A DNA stretch of 64,000 bases from Amoebophrya sp. A120 (lineage: Eukaryota > Protista > Dinoflagellata): positions 7,063,612 to 7,127,611 of the forward strand of contig CAJINV010000003.1 of NCBI GenBank assembly GCA_905178155.1. The letters are read 5' to 3'. A model generated the notes under the pieces. It did no database searches. It saw only the letters and a list, made by a program, of their open reading frames with translations, and had not been told where the DNA came from. Shown in pieces: positions 49,801 to 60,722 of this stretch (positions are counted from its first letter, which is position 1; every line of letters begins with the position of its first letter). The position numbers and the translations under genes are program-made.

Positions 49801-50532
49801 AGGCGGGGGAACACCTCCTGGTGCCCCGCCTGCCGCTCCACCGAGCGTCCCTGTGATGGGCGGTGCAAATTGAGGTGGCGGGCCAAAATTCGGCACGCTG
49901 GCGCCGGGAACTGCAGGTCTCGTCAGTCCAGGTCCACTCGGAGCTGCAGTGGAGCTGGTGGACGCGATGGCTCCACCAGATGATGCTAGTACAACCGGAG
50001 GCCCAGAACCGCCGCCCTTTGCTGGCCCACTTACACTTGGACTTGGGCCGCCCCTTTCTCCTCCACTACCACTTGCTACAACTACAGCTGCATTTGTTCC
50101 ACCTTTTGTCCCGCCCCCGCCTCTTGTTACTCCTTGTGGCGGTTTCACTCGGCTTGTGTTGCTGGTAGGACCAGAGTACATTTTCGCGGGGTCGATCGCC
50201 GGTGGCGGCCCTGCTGGCATCACAACTTCGCCCTTGCTAGAGATTTTCTGCCTTGCGCTTGCGGTTGCCGGGAGCACGTTAGGAAGGGGTGGCGGTGCAG
50301 GTGCTACACTCCCTTCGGGTCCTCGGGCTACAGTTCCATCGGGAGGTGAGACGAGAGGCGGCTCTGTACTAGAGTTACCGGCCGCGGCAGCAGGACCCCC
50401 TTGCGCCGCTTTGGCTTTGTTCGGACTCCTGGACGTACTAGCAGTAGCACCCACTCCTTTGCTCGGCCACGCATTACCTGGCGGAGCGCTCGAATTTCCA
50501 CTCGCACTTCGATTTCCAGTGGTGCGCTCCAT
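43884..50532 (-). CDS. Low-complexity protein with PAM2 motif and WRN/EXD-type 3'-5' exonuclease-like domain (degenerate active site)
   Basis: ELSANAPAFIP at 49437-49405. Spliced NWLLNQK|VLGLDMKH (ExoI), IIKALVG (ExoII region), and LTLRQLC..SDWEKGRLS|AAQIRCAADDGW (ExoIII). Linkage of the N-terminal exons and the 3' end are inferred. Confidence 0.65.
45008..45306. mobile_element. Introner in the exonuclease-like gene
   Basis: TA...TA ends and TSD TCTCT/TCTCC. Perfect 14-bp IR at 45032-45045 and 45269-45282, each 24 nt from the end. Removing 304 nt gives QGGELTLRQL. Confidence 0.8.
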
Positions 50533-52349
50533 CGTTACGCCTTCTGTAGTTAAAGTTTAAGTTTTATCGAAATAAAGATGAATCCTTTTGATTCATGATC
50601 GGCTTGGATGTGTATGCAATAGATGAAATTCACACAAGATGCAGCCGAGGAGGGAGGTAAAGGAACAGGGAGGCGGAGGTTTCTTCTCCATATTAGCATT
50701 ACACCACTAGCACTACTTCTTGTTAATGAATCAAATGTACATGATCAGAAAATAAGAAGCATCGCATGCGTATCATATACTCGTCCAGACGCTTCCCGGC
50801 GGGAGCTGGGACTTGTTGCTTGGCAAAGTCCCCGGCAGCATGGTCATTTTCTCCTACAACTCACTCTGTGGCACTGATGGATCTCGTGACGAGTAGCATT
50901 GTCCTCATATTTTTGCTTTTTGTGCCTGTCGCGTTCATCTTTCGCGCATCCACCTACAGATCCTTTCTCTCTTGTGCCAACGACCCGATCCCTGTTTATT
51001 TGTTTCATATTTTACTTCCGGGGGAGGAGAAAGCAGGCGACGGTCAATCGTATTCGTAATCGTAGCCTGGTTGCATTAGACCTACTTCGAGGGAGAACCT
51101 CCTAGATAAAAAAAACTCCAAGTTGTAGCTGATATTGCCGCTGCCCGCACCTCCTCCTGCTACCAAATAAAACTGAAATGCAGCGCTTCGCCTTGAGCAT
51201 GCAAGCGTGGCATTCTCGAATATTGTGGGCTCGAGGTTGCAAGGAGGAGAAGGTGTAATGTCTTCTCATGCATCCATGTACAATTTTTTCTCGGAGGACA
51301 GGAAGAACCACAGGCGGGCGTCGCTACTAATCTTGAGGTTTTAATATAGGAATCATGTTAGCTTCCTCCATTGTCGATCTTGGCGCAATAAATGCAATAG
51401 TTAGTGACAAGCAGTATATACAGGATGATCACGACAATCACTCAGGAATGATATATAACTATGATGCGCGGCTGGAAGATGATCTTCTGGAGATTTATCG
51501 AGCTTTATCCTCTTTTGCACGTGTCCTTTTCGTTTCGTAGGGTAGTGTTCACAGGGTCAGCGTCAGGGATGGACACTTATAGAGTACTTTTCTCTTCTTG
51601 GCAACTACATGATTTGCATCGATCCGTCTGTAAAGCAAGCGATACCACTAGTACAATTTTTTTCACAGAGCAGCTAAGCAAATCATAATAATGCGAACCG
51701 TTAGCACAAATTTCAATTCAAGAGAGGTAATTCAAAGCCGTGTAGATAAGTGACTGCCCAGCTAAATGGACATGGATGTGGGCAACTTTCTTTCAGATGT
51801 TGATCATATTTACTAAATTGTTCTCCGTGTCTACACAATTGATGAGCTGCCACAGACTCTGATCAGAGCAAGAGCATGTTGCTCCGTTTGCGAACCCGAT
51901 CCCGAAGGAGCAAATAGATGCACGGTCCTGCCGGTGCTGCAGAGCAAAAAGAAAGTACTCGACGTCGTCGAGTGCGAGTCTTTACAATAGAGTTCAGATT
52001 TCGGTGGAATCGAAAAACTGATAGATCGGCTGCTCACGTTATCGTTCGGTGGAGATTTTGGTAGTGTTGGAGCTTTTTAGGTAAATTTATTGAGGTGGGG
52101 GGTTGACAAGAGCAAGAGGACAAATCTCTTGTCGTTCGTTGCTATCTTCAAAGCGACGACCCACTATCGTCCTCATCCGCATCGTATCAAAGCAAAGAGG
52201 CCCCCACCACTCCTTGATTAACAAAAGAATTTTATGAGGTTGCCATCGTTCCTTACTAGCGACGAGGACTAACGATGCAAATCATATGCACAGATGAAAT
52301 CGTGAACAATTGATAGTCATATCTACAATTTCATCGCAAGACTCACGAG

Positions 52350-52456
52350 TAATTCAATTTCCTGAATAATTCAAATTGAATAATTCAATTTCGTGAATAA
52401 TTCAAATTGAATAATTCAATTTCATGAATAATTCAAATTGAATAATTCAATTTCAT
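52350..52456. repeat. 31-bp AT-rich tandem repeat, about 3.5 copies
   Basis: TAATTCAATTTCNTGAATAATTCAAATTGAA at 52350, 52381 and 52412. Confidence 0.92.
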
Positions 52457-52637
52457 ATCAAGTCTCAATCTCAATCTCAATCTGAATCTTAAATCTTAGC
52501 GAGATGAGAATCTTAATGAGTCTGAATCTTAGTGAGTCTTAATCTACATCTTAGATCACATAGCAAATCAATGCTCAAGCGTCTCAAAAGTCATGATCTT
52601 AGATCTTAAAGTTATAGTCTTAGATCTAAAGACTTTT

Positions 52638-52801
52638 CATACAGATTGGGGCGCAGTATCATCATACCGAAAGGGCGGGGGGGGCGCGGGGGGGCAGGGG
52701 CCCCCGCATGTGAGTCTTCATCTTAAAAATGAAAGCTATTCGCACAGATTGGGGCGCAATGTCATCAGATCGCAAGGGCGGGGGGGGCGCGGGGGGGGGC
52801 G
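52638..52801. repeat. ~103-bp-period repeat ending in G-runs, running into the gap
   Basis: ACAGATTGGGGCGCA...AAGGGCG(n)CGCG(n) occurs twice. Confidence 0.8.
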
Positions 52802-53409
52802 NNNNNNNNNNNNNNNNNNNNNNNNNNNNNNNNNNNNNNNNNNNNNNNNNNNNNNNNNNNNNNNNNNNNNNNNNNNNNNNNNNNNNNNNNNNNNNNNNNN
52901 NNNNNNNNNNNNNNNNNNNNNNNNNNNNNNNNNNNNNNNNNNNNNNNNNNNNNNNNNNNNNNNNNNNNNNNNNNNNNNNNNNNNNNNNNNNNNNNNNNNN
53001 NNNNNNNNNNNNNNNNNNNNNNNNNNNNNNNNNNNNNNNNNNNNNNNNNNNNNNNNNNNNNNNNNNNNNNNNNNNNNNNNNNNNNNNNNNNNNNNNNNNN
53101 NNNNNNNNNNNNNNNNNNNNNNNNNNNNNNNNNNNNNNNNNNNNNNNNNNNNNNNNNNNNNNNNNNNNNNNNNNNNNNNNNNNNNNNNNNNNNNNNNNNN
53201 NNNNNNNNNNNNNNNNNNNNNNNNNNNNNNNNNNNNNNNNNNNNNNNNNNNNNNNNNNNNNNNNNNNNNNNNNNNNNNNNNNNNNNNNNNNNNNNNNNNN
53301 NNNNNNNNNNNNNNNNNNNNNNNNNNNNNNNNNNNNNNNNNNNNNNNNNNNNNNNNNNNNNNNNNNNNNNNNNNNNNNNNNNNNNNNNNNNNNNNNNNNN
53401 NNNNNNNNN
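52802..53409. other. Assembly gap (N run)
   Basis: Run of N characters. Confidence 1.
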
Positions 53410-53410
53410 T

Positions 53411-54400
53411 ATCCTTCTAGGCAAACCTTTCCCCGGGTAGCCAGAAGAGTTTTGCTAACGCGGGAAGAAACCCCGGAAAATCGAAGAGAAATCAGCTGCC
53501 TTGCGATTCTTGACAGCTGGAAATGCCCCGAGGCATCTCCGCCCGCAAATCTATCCACCTGGCAACACCTTGGGGCGCCTTGACCTGGAATCCCAGCTAA
53601 CAATGCGCCGCGGATGCCTTTTCAAAGTGTTCCCCACAGCTGGATCCCAAGCTAGAAATCGAAAGCCGTCTTCTACTAGAAATCCAGCTGCCAACACTTT
53701 GAAAAGGTCGGGCGGAAAAGCGCTGAAAAAGCCTTCTCGATGCGTTTCCATCTGGATTTCCCTCGAAAAGGCGTTTCCAGCAAGCTGGATTTCCATTGCC
53801 GCGGCGTCTCCAGCTGGATACTCTTCGAAGAGGCGCCCTCGAAGGGTTTCCAGCTGGAGGCGCGTTGCTTGCGGGTGCCTCTTTAAGTAATGCACTGCCT
53901 CCCTGCTGGATTTCCTCCCGGCTAGAAAAAAACGCGCCTCCATCTGGGTTTCCCGCTAGGATGGAATGCTCTGAAAAGGCGTCCCCGGCTCCATTTCACG
54001 CTAGAAATACTCTGCAAAGACGCGGCCGGCTGAATTTCTTCCAGCCGGGGGCGCTTTGGCGATGCCTCTCCCGCTGGATTTCGTTCTGGGAACGCGCTGG
54101 CGATGCCTTTCCGCCTGGATCTCTAGCCGGAAACACGCTGCCGCTGCCTTTCCGGCTGTGTTTCCTTTCAGCTAGAAAGGCGCTGAGACGGCATTGCTAG
54201 CTGGATTCCCTGCTGGACACACACCGGGGCGGCGTCGCTAGCTGGCTTTCTAGCTAGACACGCCCTGAGACGGCGTCGCTAGGTGGGTTTCCAGCTAGAA
54301 ACGCACTGAGACGGCGTCGCTTGCTAGATTTCCAACCAGAAACGCACTGCGAAGAAGTCTCTAGCCGCGTTTCCGGCTCGACATGCTTTGAAAAGGCATC
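53411..54400. repeat. Degenerate array of CCAGCTGGAT/GCTAGAAA motifs
   Basis: The motifs recur throughout; CTGAGACGGCGTCGCT-containing ~41-bp units at 54180-54325. Confidence 0.75.
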
Positions 54401-54587
54401 CACTAGGCCGCGGGGGGATGCGGCGCGAGACGCAGCAGTGTTGTTCCCAGGTGATACGCAAAGCGTGCGCGTCCCGCAGCGGGGGGTGAACTTTGTGAAG
54501 AATGCTCCTTCTAGCGCAAGTTTGCGATGTCACACCGAGCGGGCGAAGCTATTCGAGTCTCGTTCAAATACTATAAAGCGATTTCGT

Positions 54588-57500
54588 TCATCGAGTTGCT
54601 TCGAGCAACAGAGCTGCAATCAAGAACATGGAATATATCAATCGTAAAATCCCCTGCATGGATTTTGTATTGGAAGTGGGGGCGGCCGCGTTTTTGTCTG
54701 ATACAACGCGATCTAGTCGCTTGCCACCTGTGGACGGCGACAACATCATCGTGAATGCTTCGCCGTCGAAGCGCCCCCCGGTCAGCAGTGGCGAGTCGGC
54801 CGCAGTCAGATTGGAAAACGCGGTGGAATGGCGGAAGCCCTGGGATCCTTGGGTCATGTAAAAGCTGTCTCCGAAGCGCTGCATGAACTCCTCGTGAAGC
54901 GACGATTGCTTGTTCTGGCTTGTCAGATGCCCGCCCTCGCCCCCTGTCGGCTTGATCTGGTCCGGCTTTTTGCCGGACACAAACTTGCCCTTCTGAAAAA
55001 CCTTTTTCGAGGTCGGACCGAAGAAAGAGGCGCGCACGTGCGTACTGTGGTCCTGCACGACACCTTCGCGGTCGTCTTTTTCGGCTGCCGAGGGGGACGG
55101 AGGTAGTGCCGCTCCCCCCTGTGCTCTCTCCACCTCCAGGGGCAGTTGCACGACCACGTTTTCCGAAGAAATTCTTGCTTGCTTCGCCGGCGAGCGAGAG
55201 TTGAGGACACTAAGTTCATCTTGCGTGCCGGTGGCACCTTTTCCTTCTCCGTATTCTTGTGACGATGTCTTGCGTTTCTGGTTTTCGACGTGCGTGGTTC
55301 CCGTCAAGGAAGACGTCGAAGAGGGCAGTTTCATCAATGTCGGTGGAGGAGGAATGTCTGATATCCTCTGAGCAGCGGCTCCTGCGTAGTTCTTTCCAAG
55401 GCGATCTTCCCCGATCGCCTTTGGCGACATTTTTTCGTTCTGCTGATTCCCGCGCCAAAGCAGTGCGTTGTTCGCGAGCGGGCCGCGCTGGGATAATTCT
55501 TGTGGCGGTCGAAACACGATGGTGGAGGAGGTTGCCTCGAGCAGAGGATTTTGGCCGTGCTGGGCGTCGTGCATGGTGAGTTGCCTGTTGGGCGACAGGT
55601 GACGCTGGAATTTGGCAGGCGAGAAAAAGTCCGCCAAGGTGTCTTGTCCGTCGCTGAGCGTTTGCGTGGGGAGCGACTGTCTCTCTTGCTCCAGGACTCG
55701 CCCCACGGCTGCGGTTTGCAGCTCGACCTCGGTATCCTCACGGCCGTACAGTGCACTCACGTACCGTTTCTGTTGCTGTCTTGCCTCGTCCAGTTCCTCT
55801 TCGCCGATGCGCTCGGCTTTTTTCTGTCGCTTCTTCAGCGCACTCATTTCATCCAGCCGCCGCCGCGCCTCCAAACCTTCTGTCCAATTTCGCGACGGAG
55901 TGCGCGGACTCCACATCAATTGCTTTTCCAACAAAGCCATTGGTGATAGCGGAGCCGAGGTGGGTGAAGAGTCGTTGTTTTGTTTCGCGTTCTTACCGGT
56001 TCCTGCTCCTCTCGCCGTTTCTCTTTCTCCGAAGAGAGGTCCTTGTTGTCGTGTTCCATCTACGACGGATTTTTCATCATCTTCGTCGTCCAACTCCTCC
56101 GTGATAGGCGCGAGGTCGGCAGTTCCTTCTTGTTCCGTCGTGGTAGAGCCAAGACGGCGCTGGCGCTCCAAGAAATCATGACGCCGGTTCCCGGCACACG
56201 CATCTAGAATTTCTAGCTCCTCTCGCGTCAATGCTTTATTTTCTGATTTTTTTAGAGCAGACGAATGATCATCTGTAGTGCCGTCCGCCATTTGGTCGTG
56301 GTCGTCCGCGTCCACCGAGGACTCGGTCTTGTTTACAACGACCTCCGTCGTGGCAACATTTATCTCGGCGCTTATTTGTTGGTCGTCTTTCTCCTGCTGC
56401 ACGTGCTGCACGCCGGTGAACAAAGCTCCGCCGACGTCTTCGAAAGCGAGCGCATATTGCGAGAGGTCGTCGTGAAGAGACGCTATCTTCGATCCCACAC
56501 GGGCCGCAAAACACGACTTTGAGATCTGCTCCATGCCGTGAAAGTGGGCTAGTTCTTCGGCTAATGCCACGTCCTCATTGCTAGCCAACCCTGGAGCGCC
56601 TGCCACGCCGCCCGCCCCGCCTGCCGTAGCACTACCAGCGCCGCCGCCGCCGCCCATCTCCTTCAGACATTTTTCGCACTCCCTCGCCAGCTCTTGATCT
56701 GAAAGCTCAACTGGTGGTTCCTGTGCTTGCCTCATTTTCGTTATGCCTAGAAGCAGCTTTCCGTATACAACCTTTCGTAATTTCTTCTTCAAGAAGATCA
56801 CAAGCTTTTCCAGGTTGCCGTTTTGAAAATGCGCCTCGGCCAGCTTCTGCATCTGCTTCACAACTCCGGACTCGTACCCGGGCACAGACTGCTGCTCACC
56901 GCCCACCACTTCGATGGACTCGATCTGGTTTTCCCAGCGGCTTAGCAAACTCGTTTTTCGCGGCTCTAAGGAGAAGCTGGAGCTGGAAGACGACCCTGGT
57001 GGAAGTTACACATGATCATACACATATTTTTACAACTAGAATACAAGATACAACATGTTGCAATCTAGTAGGGCGACCACGTTCTTTTGATTTCATCTTG
57101 CGAGCATGATGATAATTGACGACGCCCTTTTCTTTTTAGTATAATTTTCCGACGTTTCATATCGCTTGTTCGCGGTTTCCTACTAATGACTCCTAGCGTC
57201 TTCAGGTTCAGCCACAGCGAGACCCACCAACGCTGCAGCACAACAACTCGTGTAATTTGTTTCTCTTTCCTTTTTTTGGCTTTACGACACGCACAAGCCC
57301 AGCCCATAAGTTTGGTTTTGGGTACCAAGTTGTGCATAGAGTCCTCTAAATATCTGAATCACCATCGCTCCTCGTGCACAAAGACATCAGGATATACTTA
57401 GATATATTGTAGTTCAACTTTTGATTATTGATACCTGCGCCTTTCGACGTCCGCTTCGTGGTACTGTCTTGCGCGGCAGCTGCGGCGAGCAGATCCGTTG

Positions 57501-60156
57501 CGAAAATAAGAGGCACAATAGGTACCCCCGCACGCAGAGCTGTGTACACCTCGAGGAGCACCCACGGGTGCCGGTTCCAGTCGGCGCACGGCACAAGCAG
57601 CAGTGCCTTATCAAGTGCAAAAGTGTCTGGGTCTGGAAGATTGCCAGGTCTGTCAAGCATATTTTGCATAACCCGTGATGCCTGTAATGCATGGCCTAGC
57701 ATCACATATTTTTAAAAGGCCTTCCGATGCGTATTCCGCATGAGAAACGCCCACTCCGCATAGCACAAACTGAACTCCTCTTGCTAGTCATGCAGCACAG
57801 ATTTTTTTACCTTCCACAGACAGCATCACAAGTTGCAACCTTCCAGACCCAGAGGACACTTTTGCATTTAATATGCCTCGCACTTCTGCAAATTTTTCTC
57901 GATGGTGTCGACCGCGGCGGCTTGAAGGAAGTCTTTGCCGCAGAGGAGATCTACGTAGTACCGAAGTCCGAAGAAATTCTCGCTCTCGGCGTGCTGCTCG
58001 AGGAGACGCAAAAACTGCTCACAGGAGGTATGCCACGACGCACTCACATAGAAAAACCTCGGCCTGCTGGCGCTGCTTGTCCCTGTTGTATTGGCGCTTT
58101 CGACGGTGGTCCCCCCGAGAGGTAGTTGTACAGCCCCACCCCGCCCGGGAGGTTGCGCTACTATATCATCCTTCCCGCGTTTGCCAGCAGTGGAAACAAG
58201 CTCAGTAGAAGTGTCATGCTGACTGCTTCTCTGATCACCAGTGTCCGGAGCTACGGCCCTGTCTTTTTCTCCCAACACCATAGGCAGTGCAGATTCCATC
58301 CAATGCTTCTCGAGCGTGAGGAACTTGCGAGCGACGAAACCCGGCGGATCTCCGCGTGACTTTTTGCCTTCGCGCAGTTCGCGGCGTTTCTCGACAAGGT
58401 CGCGCAAGCGCGGTGGCTGCTGCGCTCGTGCGTGCTTCACACGTGTTGCCTCCTCCAGGCTCGATATCGCAGCGGAGGCAAGAGCTCTTTTCTGGTGCGC
58501 GGATCCCGGGCGTGAGCCTAGAGGGGTAGGAGGCTCCGGCTCGCCTTCTAGAAACTTCTTGAAGTAGTCTCGCACAAAGTAAAGCGAGACCCCCAGCAGT
58601 TCGTCAAAATCACCAAGCGCTCGGTTTTTTTTCTGTTTCCCAATAACCTGAGCACCGGATGAGTGGCGGTGGTCGCGAGCAGCTATGACTGAAATGACGT
58701 GCTGTAGTTCGTACGCCGCAGGTGGATCTACTCCGTCTCCTCGATTATAATTCGCATTCGCGCCGGACGATGCATCCGCATCGGCATGATCCCCACCACT
58801 ACCTGCTTCGTCCGCAGCAGCAAACAAGAAGGGGCTCCTGGGTCTGAGGGAAAGGTTGCTGCCGGACGCGTCCAATTTGTTGTGTTGACCAATGACCAGT
58901 CCCCCGGTCGTGCGGACCGGATGTGTTTCATATTCATTTCCACCATCGTCCGGGCGCGTTGAACAACTACCGAGTCCGAGAGCAGATTTCATAGTAGAAG
59001 CTGTCGCCACCACCTCGCTCCTGTAGGTATTGCCCTTCCCCTTTATTTGCGCGTCGGCATCCTTCAGTTTCGTTCGATTGTCCCTTTGCTTTTGTTCGGC
59101 CTCGTCTCCACCATCTCCTCCAAGAGGGGGATTAAACGGTGGAGCAGCAACGTCGTCAGGATCATGCACCTCACCGCGTTGACATTGACGCTCGTGGTCC
59201 TTCGAGATACCCACTACGCTCTTTCCGCTCCTCGCCGAGGCTCCTGATGCTTTGGTTTTACAGCCGGCAGCCGTGTTTCGGTGTGATTTAGATCTTGACG
59301 TAGAAGAATTATCCTGCCCGACTTTGATACCATGAGGCATGATAAAAATCGACGATGACTGTCCTCTTCCTCCGCTTGGGTCTTGTCCTTGCTGACTTGT
59401 CAGGCTGCTCCTCGTTCGAGACTGTGATTTGGACGACCTGATGTCGCCCGTGTGTAACTGGCTTCGCGACGGAACGGGCACGCCGTTTTTTTTTCGTTGC
59501 TGGAATCCGACCCCGATCTCGTGCAACTGGGCGGCGAACCTTTCACTTGCAGGAACCACAGAATCAGTTTCGATAAGCGTTGTACCCTGAAGCCCTGACC
59601 CCACCCGCCCAGCTCCGATACCGGCGGTGCCAGTGATTGTACTACCGATCGAAGATTGCGATTGGGCACCCGCAGCTGTCCGCCAGTTCTTTGGCTCTCT
59701 CTCGAGCCGCTGCGCAGGATCCTCAGAGACAGGCACGTAGGAGCTCTCGGGGTGCAAATGTAGCTGTGTATTGTACGCACTAACGGGCGGCAGCTCGAAA
59801 CTTTCCTCATACTCAAAAATGGCCTGAAACAGCTGCTTGCGGTTGAAGCTTTTACTCCGAGGCTTGCTCCCTCGCTTCTTCTTCGTCTTGGCTTCAGTGG
59901 CTGTGACTCCCGCAGCTGCAGCAGCTGCAGCTGGTCCACCACCATTGTGGTGGTGATCGGGAACTTCGGACAAAGAGCTAGAACCTGCCCCGACGACGTC
60001 CTCGCGATGTAATTTCGGCAACAACTCAAGCGATGACGCGCGTCTACGTCGCGGCTTGCGCAACAGCAACTCTACTTGCTTGTTGGCCGCAACCTTGCGT
60101 TCCGGCAGGGGTACCGTCGAGGAGTGATCAGCAACATATAATTCGGTAGCATACAT
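54588..60156 (-). CDS. Large hypothetical protein(s) with a TIR-like segment
   Basis: ORFs 57868-60156 (FFYVSASW...YYVDLLC), 57346-57705 (RHPWVLLEVYTALRAGVPIVPL) and 54588-56948. Joining them into one gene is inferred. Confidence 0.55.
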
Positions 60157-60722
60157 CTAGACTTTCAGGCCGTGCTGCTGCTTAGCAGACGCAGAGTTCG
60201 TGTGCGTGATCCATGTGTTCGTTGTCGTTGTGTGCAAAACTAAAAAGCAAAGCAGAAGTGATCGCCACTTGTTCTTTTTCTTCATCGCTCCCATGCACAT
60301 GCTGCGCTTCATCCCGCATCGTAATTTAACAGGGCCGGGCGAATGCATTGTGTCTCATCGAGGAGACCTGCTCCTTCCACTCCCTGCTTGCCTTCTTGAC
60401 AAGAAATGTTGTATCTACTCTCGAACCGACACGAAAAAGAGAATGGAATACAAAAACATTGCAGCTGCGCCTGAATCCCGAAGCCTGTGCTAGAGGTTTT
60501 CAATAATCAGGTACAGGTAGCTCTCGCCAAGCTCAGAAACCAGGTACAACAGAAGAAGCACTCTCACCAGATGTCTCGTCAGTATTTTTCATGTGGATCT
60601 CGACGGGAGTAAATTTATGTTTATCGCGGCGCCGACGTCGCCGTTGCCGGAGAATGTCGACTCCAAACCATGTAGAAGAAGTCCGAGCATTTATCAAATT
60701 AATCTTCCTCGTGCCATCAATC

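Noticed and set aside
52350-52456. CRISPR-like array
   Set aside because: Head-to-tail repeats without unique spacers, no cas genes, eukaryotic context.
52593-53603. ORFs spanning the N run
   Set aside because: Artefacts of the assembly gap.
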